Shown here: in pieces, positions 52,441-60,369 of the stretch
Layout: every line of letters begins with the position of its first letter
How positions within the stretch are numbered: the first letter of the stretch is position 1
Assembly: GCA_035499145.1 (NCBI GenBank)
Contig: DATJZK010000109.1
Location: 1 to 63,322, forward strand
Direction of reading: 5' to 3'
From: Thermoplasmata archaeon
Lineage (GTDB): Archaea > Thermoplasmatota > Thermoplasmata > Lutacidiplasmatales > UBA184
Length of the DNA: 63,322 nucleotides
Translations under genes and position numbers: made by a program
Notes under the pieces: generated by a model
Databases searched by the model: none
The model's input: the letters and a program-made list of their open reading frames with translations, nothing else
What the model was told of the DNA's origin: nothing

Positions 52441-53543
52441 GCCAGCAGCGCGCTCGCCCACAACGGCATCGTCGTGACGTCCGGGGCGAGGACCGGCGGG
52501 ACCGTCGTCGCGGGCTGGATCCAGCCCGGGAGGAACGGGGTGAACCCCCCCTTCGCGCCGATCAACGCGTCGCCTTGCGGGGAGAGGAGCAGGTGGATGA
52601 ACGCGGCGCCGAGCGCGGGGTTCGGAGCGTCCGTCGGCACGGTGACGGCGAACAGGACCGGCGCCGCACGAACGCGCGCGGTGGTCGTGAGCGACGTTTC
52701 GATCTCCGTCGAGAGGTTGCCGTACTGGGCCCGGGAGCCCGGGTCCGTCGCGTTCAGTCCGACCGTCTGGTTCAGGGTCACGAACGAGAGGTGGTTCGCG
52801 ACGGCGTACGACCGGTACGTGATCAACGCGGATACGGTCCCCTTCGCGATCAGTTCCGCGGCGAGGGACTCCTTCTCGGACCGCGTCGTGGACGGGTTCG
52901 GCTTCGCGAGGGTCCACGGCGCGCCGGAATAGAAGTGGCTGTAGACCGAGAGGTTGCTGCCGTTGTAGATCGACCCCTGCAGCTCCAGGCTGAAGATCTC
53001 GTTGTAGCCGTTCGGGTCGGTGGAGGCGTTCCAGACGGCGAACGGCGCGACGCCTGCGGACGAGGTCGCGTTCACCAGCATCCAGCCCCAGTTGGAGGAG
53101 TTGATCCCCTGGAACTCGGAGAGGCTTGCGTTGTAGACCAGGACCTCCGGCGTCTTTCCGAACACCACCTCGTAGCCGGCGTACCTCGGCTCGAGCGACT
53201 GCGGGATCAGCCGGTAGTCGGCCACCGCCGCCACGTCCGCCTTCGTTCCGAGCGCGGAGACGGCGTTCACCACGTCGAGCGATCCCTCGTAGGTCTGCGT
53301 CGATGCCGGGGCGGAGACCCCCGGGGTCTCGTTGACGAGCAGGGTGGCCAGCCGCGGGAACGTCGTGCTCAGGGAACCGGCCGCGAGCACGTACAGGGTG
53401 CTCGACGCGGCGGCCGAGGCGGGGGACCCGCGGTACTCGTATCCGGCCGCGAACCCGGCCCCCGTGCCCACGGCGGCCAGCACGATCGCCGCGACGATCC
53501 ACGTCAGCGTCTTGGCGAGCACCGATGTGGGGAAAAACCACAT
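52437..53543 (-). CDS. Membrane-anchored periplasmic-type substrate-binding protein (WtpA/ModA-like oxyanion binding)
   Basis: 368 aa. N-terminal anchor LTWIVAAIVLAAVGTGAG, then LYVLAAGSL, DVAAVADY and ALITYRSYA. First gene of a four-gene operon with 4-nt overlaps. Confidence 0.7.
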   Translation of the reverse strand: MWFFPTSVLAKTLTWIVAAIVLAAVGTGAGFAAGYEYRGSPASAAASSTLYVLAAGSLSTTFPRLATLLVNETPGVSAPASTQTYEGSLDVVNAVSALGTKADVAAVADYRLIPQSLEPRYAGYEVVFGKTPEVLVYNASLSEFQGINSSNWGWMLVNATSSAGVAPFAVWNASTDPNGYNEIFSLELQGSIYNGSNLSVYSHFYSGAPWTLAKPNPSTTRSEKESLAAELIAKGTVSALITYRSYAVANHLSFVTLNQTVGLNATDPGSRAQYGNLSTEIETSLTTTARVRAAPVLFAVTVPTDAPNPALGAAFIHLLLSPQGDALIGAKGGFTPFLPGWIQPATTVPPVLAPDVTTMPLWASALLA

Positions 53544-53570
53544 CGGATAAGGTTGGGGGTCGCCGCGTCG

Positions 53571-53951
53571 CTACAGCTCGCCCCGACGCTCCGCCGGAAA
53601 GTAGCGGCGGTAGACCCGGCCGACCACGGCGTCCGGCGCGATCGGGCCGAAGGCCCGGCTGTCCCGTCCGACCGACGGGTCGTCCGAGGCGACCGTCAGC
53701 CGGCCGTCAGGGCCGACGGCCGCGACCCGCTTCACGAGCCATCGGGCCGAATCCGCCGGGTCCCGTAGGACGACGAGGTCCCCGGGGCGGGGCACGCGAT
53801 CGCGGTAGGCCCGACGATCGACCCACAACCGATCCCCGGGCCGGAGGGTCGGGCGCATGCTTTCGTCCCGCACGACCACCCGAACGCTCCCCCACCAGCT
53901 CGGACGTCGGGCAGGAGGCGTCGCCGGGACCGGCGGTTCCAAGGTCGCCAT
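53571..53951 (-). CDS. sodX: S26/S24-type peptidase, nickel superoxide dismutase maturation protease-like
   Basis: Start moved to ATG 53951 (126 aa). VRDESMRPTLRPGDRLWVDR (Ser nucleophile context) and LVKRVAAVGPDG (general-base Lys context). Divergent from sodN. Confidence 0.65.
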   Translation of the reverse strand: MATLEPPVPATPPARRPSWWGSVRVVVRDESMRPTLRPGDRLWVDRRAYRDRVPRPGDLVVLRDPADSARWLVKRVAAVGPDGRLTVASDDPSVGRDSRAFGPIAPDAVVGRVYRRYFPAERRGEL

Positions 53952-53981
53952 CCTTATCCTGACCGCCGAGCTCGCGGGGCC

Positions 53982-54515
53982 ATGTCCGTCCGTGCCGCAT
54001 CGCAGGCCCTCGTAGAACGTCTCCGGGACGCCGTCCATCCGCCCCGCGCGGTGTACGCCCACTGCGACATTCCGTGCGGGATCTACGACCCCCACGAGGC
54101 GCAGATCTCGGCGCTGACGGTGCTACGCATGGACCAGCTGATCGCGGAGCTCGCCGCGCCCGCGATGGACGCGAAGCCCGAGGACCGGGCGACGTACGTT
54201 GCGAAACTGGCCCGCTACACGGCAGTGAAGGAGTCCCACGCCGAGCGCGTGAAGTCGGAGATCCGGGTGATCTGGGGCGACTACTTCACCCCCGACCACG
54301 CGAAGCAGTTCCCGCACGTCCACGAGCTGACCTGGAAGATCCTGAAGCAGGCCTCCAAGGCCCGCCAGGGGACCGCGCTCGCCGACGCGCAGGAACTCCT
54401 CAAGCTGGTCCAGGAGTTCGCCGAGGTGTTCTGGCAGTCCAAGGGCGCCAAGACGCGCCGTCAGCCGTCGCTCCAGAAGTCCGGCGGCGACCTCGTCGTT
54501 CCCGTCCCCGCCTGA
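53982..54515 (+). CDS. sodN: Nickel-containing superoxide dismutase precursor
   Basis: 177 aa. Ni-hook HCDIPCGIYDP preceded by a 26-aa propeptide ending ...AVYA. A four-helix-bundle-like remainder. cttatc element about 28 nt upstream. Confidence 0.85.
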   Translation: MSVRAASQALVERLRDAVHPPRAVYAHCDIPCGIYDPHEAQISALTVLRMDQLIAELAAPAMDAKPEDRATYVAKLARYTAVKESHAERVKSEIRVIWGDYFTPDHAKQFPHVHELTWKILKQASKARQGTALADAQELLKLVQEFAEVFWQSKGAKTRRQPSLQKSGGDLVVPVPA

Positions 54516-54555
54516 ACGGCCGGCCCGCCGCTCGGGGCCACCGCCCGACGCGCCG

Positions 54556-56085
54556 ATGACCGAGACGCTCCCGCTCGACGGTCAGTCGCTCTCCCGGGAG
54601 CAGTTCCTCGCCGTCGTTCGCCAGGGGTGCGGCGTCTCGATCGTCCCCGACGCCCTCCGGGCCGTCGCGGCGAGCCGCCGGGCGGTCGAGCGCGCCGTCG
54701 CCGCCGGTCGGCCCGTCTACGGGGTCACCACCGGCTTCGGCGCCCTCTCCGACCGGGCGATCCCGGCGGACCGATCTCGGGAGCTGCAGTTGTCCCTCGT
54801 TCGCAGCCACGCGAGCGGGACCGGGCCGCCGCTGCGACCGGAGCTGGCCCGCGGACTCCTGCTCCTTCGTCTCAACTCGCTCCTCCGGGGCGTCTCCGGC
54901 GTCCGTCCGGAGCTGGTCGAGCGGCTCGTCGACCTGCTGAACCGGGGGCTGATCCCCTGGATCCCCGAGCAGGGCTCCGTCGGTGCGTCCGGGGATCTCG
55001 CGCCGCTCGCCCACCTCGCGCTCGCCGTGATCGGCGAGGGGGCGTTCCGCGCCGCCGGCTCGGATGCTCCGGAACCGGCGCGGGAGGTGCTGGCTCGCGA
55101 GAAGCTCCCCCCGCTCGTCCTCGTCGAGAAGGAAGGGGTCGCGCTGCTGAACGGGACGTCGTTGATGGCGGCCTATCTCGCCCTCGGCGTGGCGGACGCT
55201 CGGGCGCTCCTCGACGCGGCGACGATCGCCGCGGCGGTCTCGTTCGATGCGCTTGAGGGCGACCCGCAGTCGCTCGACGATCGCCTGGGCGAGGTGCGGA
55301 ACTCCCCCGAGCAGCGGGAGTCGGCGCGGGCGCTGCGCCAGCTCCTCGCGCAGAGCCAGCTCAGCGCCCCGCGTTCGACGTGGACGGGTCAGGACCCGTA
55401 CACGCTGCGCTGCCTCCCGCAAGTGCTCGGAGCGGTCCGGCTCGCCGTCGCGTTCGCGGAGGGGGTCGCCGACCGCGAGCTGAACGCGGTCACCGACAAC
55501 CCGCTCGTCTTCGAGGGCGACCAGTTCGTCAACGGCGGGAACTTCCACGGGCAACCGCTGGCGCTCGCCCTCGACACGCTCGCCCTCGGGGTCCAGTACG
55601 TCGCCGGCTTCGCCGAGCGCCGGATCGCCCGGCTCGTCCACCCGGCGCTGAACCGGGGCCTGCCGGCGTTCCTCGCCGCCGACCCCGGGGTCGGCTCCGG
55701 GCTCATGATCCCCCAGTACCTCGCCGCCGCCCTCGTCAACGAGAACACGACGCTCGTCCACCCGGCGAGCGCGACCAGCCTGCCGACGTCGGCCGACCAG
55801 GAGGATTTCGTCAGCATGGGACCGTGGGCCGGTGCGAAGCTCGCCCGGATCCTCGAGAACACGCGTCGGATTGTGGCCGTGGAGTGGATTGCGGCCGGGC
55901 AGGCGCTCGAACTGCGGCGCCCCCGAACCGGCGGGCGAGGAACCGAGGCGGCGGTGCGCGCGCTCCGCGCGCGGGTCGAACCGTGGGCGCGCGACCGGAG
56001 CCCGGCGCCCGATATCGAGCGGGTCGCGCGAGGGATCGCCGACGGATCGCTCGTCGCCGAGGTGCGCGGGGCGGTCCCGTTCTAG
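54556..56085 (+). CDS. hutH: Histidine ammonia-lyase (MIO-dependent HAL/PAL family)
   Basis: 509 aa. YGVTTGFG and GSVGASGDLAPLAHLA (the MIO-forming Ala-Ser-Gly). No other hut genes are in the window. Confidence 0.85.
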   Translation: MTETLPLDGQSLSREQFLAVVRQGCGVSIVPDALRAVAASRRAVERAVAAGRPVYGVTTGFGALSDRAIPADRSRELQLSLVRSHASGTGPPLRPELARGLLLLRLNSLLRGVSGVRPELVERLVDLLNRGLIPWIPEQGSVGASGDLAPLAHLALAVIGEGAFRAAGSDAPEPAREVLAREKLPPLVLVEKEGVALLNGTSLMAAYLALGVADARALLDAATIAAAVSFDALEGDPQSLDDRLGEVRNSPEQRESARALRQLLAQSQLSAPRSTWTGQDPYTLRCLPQVLGAVRLAVAFAEGVADRELNAVTDNPLVFEGDQFVNGGNFHGQPLALALDTLALGVQYVAGFAERRIARLVHPALNRGLPAFLAADPGVGSGLMIPQYLAAALVNENTTLVHPASATSLPTSADQEDFVSMGPWAGAKLARILENTRRIVAVEWIAAGQALELRRPRTGGRGTEAAVRALRARVEPWARDRSPAPDIERVARGIADGSLVAEVRGAVPF

Positions 56086-56768
56086 ACCGGCCGCGTCGCG
56101 ACCGTCGCCGCCGTCGCGAGCCCTTTCGGGAAGTGGACCGCCTGCCCGCAGCTGGGGCAGGCGTACTCGGCCACGCCCCGGTGGCGCAGGGGGGTGCGAC
56201 ACTTCGGGCACGGGATCGGGCGGGACGTGACGTAGGCCGCGAACAGCTCCTGCGAGCGGCGATCCGGGGTCACTTCGGGGGTCGTCGCGGACCCCGGAGC
56301 GCCCGCCGGTGCGTCCGTCGGGGAGGCGGGGGCGGGAGGGGCGGCCTTCTCCGAGGAGAGGCGGCCGCACTCCGGGCAGACCGCGAGCTTGCCGGAGCCG
56401 GTGAGGATCAGCGGGACGTGGCAGGACGGGCAGAGCGTCTTGAGGGTCGTTCCGCGCAGCACGGGGGGCGGCGCGGGGGGAGCGCGGGCGGGGGCGTCGG
56501 AGGCGACCCGGCTCTTCCCGCCCGGGGCCTCGGCGGGCGGCGCGGTCGGGGGCGGAAGCGGCCGCCGCCATCGGACGAGCCGTCGGCCCGGTTCGTAGAC
56601 GACCTGGGTGCCCGGCTGGGCCAGCTCGTGCGCGAGGAACTTCTCGGTCTTCCGCTCGCGCCAGGAGAGCGCGGCGGCGAGGCCCGGGACGCTCGTCACC
56701 CCGAGGGTCCGGACGGTCGAGCGGAGCCGCTCGTGCTCGTCCTCGCCGCGGCCGAAGAACGACGCCAT
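56082..56768 (-). CDS. Hypothetical protein: N-terminal wHTH-like region + Pro/Ala linkers + two CxxC...CxxC zinc ribbons
   Basis: I prefer ATG 56768 (MASFFGRGED...) over the TTG at 56795, because an AT-rich element (ttcttttg on the minus strand) lies about 27 nt upstream. Zinc ribbons are CPSC...CPEC and CPKC...CPSC. Confidence 0.55.
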   Translation of the reverse strand: MASFFGRGEDEHERLRSTVRTLGVTSVPGLAAALSWRERKTEKFLAHELAQPGTQVVYEPGRRLVRWRRPLPPPTAPPAEAPGGKSRVASDAPARAPPAPPPVLRGTTLKTLCPSCHVPLILTGSGKLAVCPECGRLSSEKAAPPAPASPTDAPAGAPGSATTPEVTPDRRSQELFAAYVTSRPIPCPKCRTPLRHRGVAEYACPSCGQAVHFPKGLATAATVATRPV

Positions 56769-57014
56769 CGGCGCGCGGTTCCGACGAACGGTCAAAAGAA
56801 CCTATCGCTCAACTCGCATGCCCGCGGGGCGCCGTCGGTTCCCGGTCTTGCGGACGGTGCCACCGAAAGCCAGCGGCGCCCACGGCCCGGGAGTCGTGGG
56901 GGCGGGGGTATCCGTTCACCGCCCGGTGGACGGTGGGAACTGCGGGGAGCCCGTCGGCGGTTCCTTCATTACCCGGAGCGAGAATCCGCGCCCGAGCCGT
57001 CGCACGGTTCCGCC

Positions 57015-57488
57015 ATGACGACCCGGTCCCTTGACCCGCGCTCCCCCGACCGTCCGGCGGACCCCGGCGTGACGCCCGCGATCCTGGTCGGGGAGAACGA
57101 CGATCACCGCCGTCTGATACGCGGGCTGATGATGATGCACCACCAGCCGATCGCCCTGGAAGCTCCCAGCTTGGGCGAGGTCCCGGCGGCAGCAGTGACC
57201 GAGAACGCACGGATGCTCGTGTTCGTCGCGCCGACCGAAGGGGACGCCTGGTCGGAAGAGCTGCGCACCACCCTCGCCGCCCACCCTGGGCTGAACACGC
57301 TCGTCCTGCTCCCGCTCGATGCCCCGGCCACGCGGTCGTCCGCAGCGCGCGCGGGGGCCCGCGCGGTGCTCTCTCGGCCGTTCACCAGCCGTGACTTCCT
57401 CGACGCGCTCGACCGGCTCGTTCCCACGGCGAACGCGGCGGAGGGTCCCCCCCGGCCGGCCGCACCGCGTCGCGCCCCCCGCGCATAG
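57015..57488 (+). CDS. CheY-like receiver-fold protein lacking the phospho-acceptor Asp (pseudo-receiver)
   Basis: 157 aa from ATG 57015. ILVGENDD (acidic pocket), MLVFVAP (Ala where Asp57 is expected), LSRPFT (Arg where Lys109 is expected). Confidence 0.55.
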   Translation: MTTRSLDPRSPDRPADPGVTPAILVGENDDHRRLIRGLMMMHHQPIALEAPSLGEVPAAAVTENARMLVFVAPTEGDAWSEELRTTLAAHPGLNTLVLLPLDAPATRSSAARAGARAVLSRPFTSRDFLDALDRLVPTANAAEGPPRPAAPRRAPRA

Positions 57489-57497
57489 GTCGGGGGC

Positions 57498-58880
57498 GTG
57501 ACGGCCCGCGTCCTCCCGTCCCTCGACGGGGTCGTGCGGGGACGGGTGGCGACCGACCCCGCGTCGCTCCGCGTCGCGGGGCACGACGCGTCGCACGTCC
57601 CGGGAGCGCCGCTGGCGGTCGTCTCCCCCGTGGACGAGGACGACGTCCGATCGCTGATCGGCTGGGCGCGACGGCACCGGCTCCCCCTCGTCGCCCGGGG
57701 CGGGGGAACCTCGCTCGACGGGGAGTCGGTCCCGTTCGCTGGGGGGATCGTCGTCGACCTGTCGCGCTGGGATCGGGTCGAGACGATCGACCCCGGCGAG
57801 CGAGGGGCGTACGTCGGTCCGGGCGTCGTCAACCTCGCGCTGCAGCGGGCGGTGGCCCCGCACGGTCTGTTCTTTCCCCCAAACCCCGGCTCCTGGACCT
57901 CGTGCACGATCGGAGGCAACGTGGCGACGAACGCCTCCGGGCCGCGGTCGTACCGGTACGGCCCGACCCGGAGGTGGGTCCGGGAGCTCGACGTCGTCCT
58001 CGGCAACGGGCGCCGGTTGCGTCTCGGCACCCGTGCGGCGAAGCGATCGGTCGGACCGGACCTGCTGTCGTTGATCGTCGGCAGCGAAGGGACGCTCGGC
58101 ATCGTGACCCGGATCGGGGTTCGGCTCGCGTCGATCCCGCCGGTTCGTCGGGGTCTCCTTATTCCGGTGCCGGACCGGGCCCGGCTCGGCGACCTCGCCG
58201 TCCGCCTCGGGCGGGCGGGAGCCGAGGGGCTGGCCGCGATCGAGTACGTCGACCGGGCGAGCGCCGATGCGCTCGAACGGCTCGGACGACCCCTCGGTCC
58301 CTCGGGTCGCGCCTGGATCCTCCTGGAGGTGGAGGCGCCCGACAGCGCCTCGGCCGACCGTCAGGCCGAAGCGCTCACCTCCGTTGCGTCGCCCGGCTCC
58401 GGGCCGGTCCCGTTCGAGAACGCCGACGAGATGTGGACGCGTCGCGGGGAGAGCGGCGTGGCGCTCGATCGCGAGCTCGGCCCGCGGGTGCGGGAGGACG
58501 TGGCCGTGCCGGTCGGGCGGACCGACGAGCTGCTCGACGAGCTCGCCCGGATCTCGGCGGAGGAGCACGTCCCCCTCTACCTCTACGGCCATCTGGGCGA
58601 GGGAAGCGTTCACCCGAACTTCGCCGTGGATCCGGAGAGCCCCGCGGGAGCGCGGGTCCGCGACCGCACCCTGCTCGCCGCCCTCGCCCTCGGCGGAACG
58701 GTGAGCGCCGAGCACGGCATCGGGTCGGTCAAGCGTCCGTACGTCGAACGGGAGCTCGGACCGGACGCCGTCGAATGGCTCCGTGCGGTGAAGAGCTGGT
58801 GCGATCCGGACGGGGTCCTGAACCCGGGGAAGCTGTACCCGCCCCCTCGAGCCGCCGAACGATCTTCTCCGTCGCCTTAG
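57498..58880 (+). CDS. FAD-linked oxidase (GlcD / D-lactate dehydrogenase family)
   Basis: 460 aa. LPLVARGGGTSLDGESV, TIGGNVATNASGPRSYRYG, SAEHGIG, CDPDGVLNPGKL. Confidence 0.85.
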   Translation: MTARVLPSLDGVVRGRVATDPASLRVAGHDASHVPGAPLAVVSPVDEDDVRSLIGWARRHRLPLVARGGGTSLDGESVPFAGGIVVDLSRWDRVETIDPGERGAYVGPGVVNLALQRAVAPHGLFFPPNPGSWTSCTIGGNVATNASGPRSYRYGPTRRWVRELDVVLGNGRRLRLGTRAAKRSVGPDLLSLIVGSEGTLGIVTRIGVRLASIPPVRRGLLIPVPDRARLGDLAVRLGRAGAEGLAAIEYVDRASADALERLGRPLGPSGRAWILLEVEAPDSASADRQAEALTSVASPGSGPVPFENADEMWTRRGESGVALDRELGPRVREDVAVPVGRTDELLDELARISAEEHVPLYLYGHLGEGSVHPNFAVDPESPAGARVRDRTLLAALALGGTVSAEHGIGSVKRPYVERELGPDAVEWLRAVKSWCDPDGVLNPGKLYPPPRAAERSSPSP

Positions 58881-59931
58881 GGATCGGCAGGCGCCGCAGA
58901 TCGGACGGACGGACCCAGCGCCGACCGGGGCGTTGGGGAGGTCCGCCGTTCGCGGGTGCGCGCCCCTGAAAGACGTGGAGCCGGACGGCGAAGTGGCTGT
59001 ACGCGTGGTCGACGACTCCGAGCGGGGTGAGCGGGCCCACCGTGAGCCCGGTCTCCTCCCGGAGCTCACGCCGGGCCGCCGCCTCGGCCCGTTCCCCCCC
59101 TCGTAGCTTCCCGCCCGGGAACTCCCACAGCCCGCCGAGGAGACCCCGGGGCGGGCGCCGTTGGACGAGCCACCGGCCTCGGGGGTCGGTCAGGACCACG
59201 ATCGCTGCGCGGACGGTCGGGCGGGGGGTGCGGGAGCGACGGATCGGGATCGATCCGGGATCGTCGAGCTCCGCTCTCGCCCGGCACCCGGCCGCCACCG
59301 GGCAGTCGCCGCAGCGCGGACGTACCGGGGTGCAGACCGTCTCCCCTAGCTCCATCACGGCCTCGTTGAACTCGCCCGCCGTCGCGACCGGCAGGGTCAA
59401 CGCCAGCGCCGCTTCCAGCCGGCGACGAACGACGGAGGTAGCGAGGTCGCCCCGCTCGAGGGTCCATCGGGCCGCGACCCGGAGGCCGTTCGCCTCGAGC
59501 GCGACGACCGGTCGACCGTAGGCGAGGCTGGCCACGGCCCGGGCGATGTAGCGGCCTACGCCGGGGAGCCGCTCCCACTCCGCCTCGTCCTCGGGAAACT
59601 GTCCTCCCCGCCCGTGAACGATCGCGCGGGCCGCGGCGTGCAGGTTTCGGGCTCGAGCGTAGTAGCCCGCCCCCGCCCAGAGCCGGAGCACCTCGGCCAG
59701 CGGGGCGGCCGCCAGGGCGTCGACCGAGGGGAACCGTTCGACGAACCGCTCGAAGAACGGGATCGCCTGCGCGACGCGGGTCTGCTGCAGGAGCACCTCC
59801 GCGACCCAGATCCGATACGGGTCGCGGGCCCGACGCCACGGCAGCGGACGTCGATGCCGACGGAACCAGCGGACGAGCGCGCTCCCGACCGATCGGGCTC
59901 CCCGGTCCGGCAACCGCCGTGGTCCGGGCAT
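58729..59931 (-). CDS. mutY: A/G-specific adenine DNA glycosylase (MutY) with C-terminal NUDIX-like domain
   Basis: 400 aa. PWRRARDPYRIWVAEVLLQQTRV, LPGVGRYIA, the Fe-S cluster loop CTPVRPRCGDCPVAAGC, and the NUDIX box GGLWEFPGGKLRGGERAEAAARRELREETG. Confidence 0.88.
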   Translation of the reverse strand: MPGPRRLPDRGARSVGSALVRWFRRHRRPLPWRRARDPYRIWVAEVLLQQTRVAQAIPFFERFVERFPSVDALAAAPLAEVLRLWAGAGYYARARNLHAAARAIVHGRGGQFPEDEAEWERLPGVGRYIARAVASLAYGRPVVALEANGLRVAARWTLERGDLATSVVRRRLEAALALTLPVATAGEFNEAVMELGETVCTPVRPRCGDCPVAAGCRARAELDDPGSIPIRRSRTPRPTVRAAIVVLTDPRGRWLVQRRPPRGLLGGLWEFPGGKLRGGERAEAAARRELREETGLTVGPLTPLGVVDHAYSHFAVRLHVFQGRAPANGGPPQRPGRRWVRPSDLRRLPIPKATEKIVRRLEGAGTASPGSGPRPDRTSSSPHGAIRRRPVRAPVRRTDA

Positions 59932-59994
59932 CGCTCCGCCGCCAGACGAAGGTCATGCTTAAAACGGAAGACGAATTCGAATCGCCGGTTCGGA

Positions 59995-60369
59995 GTGCAC
60001 GTGACGGGCCGACCCGACGTGGTCCACGTCGACGATTCCACGTTCGACGCCGAGGTGATCCGCTCGCCGGTGCCGGTCGTCGTCGACTTCTACGCCGACT
60101 GGTGTGCGCCGTGCCGGGTCGCCGAACCGCTGCTCCGTGAGCTGTCGCTCCGCCTCGCCGGCAAGGTCAAGTTCGCCAAGGTCAACGTCGACGAGGCGAC
60201 GGTCGTGACGGAGTCGTTCGGCATCCACTCGATCCCGACGTACCTGTTCGTCGCGTCGGGGACCGAGCGCGGCCGAGAGGTCGGCGCTCTCGACCCGGTC
60301 GCGATCCGGGAGATGGTGAAGCGGTACTTCCCGCGCGCCGCTAGTGGCGGAACACCCGCCACCCGGTGA
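59995..60369 (+). CDS. trxA: Thioredoxin
   Basis: 124 aa from GTG 59995 (alternative GTG 60001). VVVDFYADWCAPCRV and IHSIPTYLF. An AT-rich divergent promoter region (59950-59990) is shared with mutY. Confidence 0.88.
   Translation: MHVTGRPDVVHVDDSTFDAEVIRSPVPVVVDFYADWCAPCRVAEPLLRELSLRLAGKVKFAKVNVDEATVVTESFGIHSIPTYLFVASGTERGREVGALDPVAIREMVKRYFPRAASGGTPATR

Noticed and set aside
53952-54095. Longer version of the SodX ORF (start at 54095), overlapping sodN on the opposite strand.
   Set aside because: The extra 48 codons are antisense to the sodN 5' end and are not peptidase-like. The internal ATG at 53951 gives a protein of normal SodX size.
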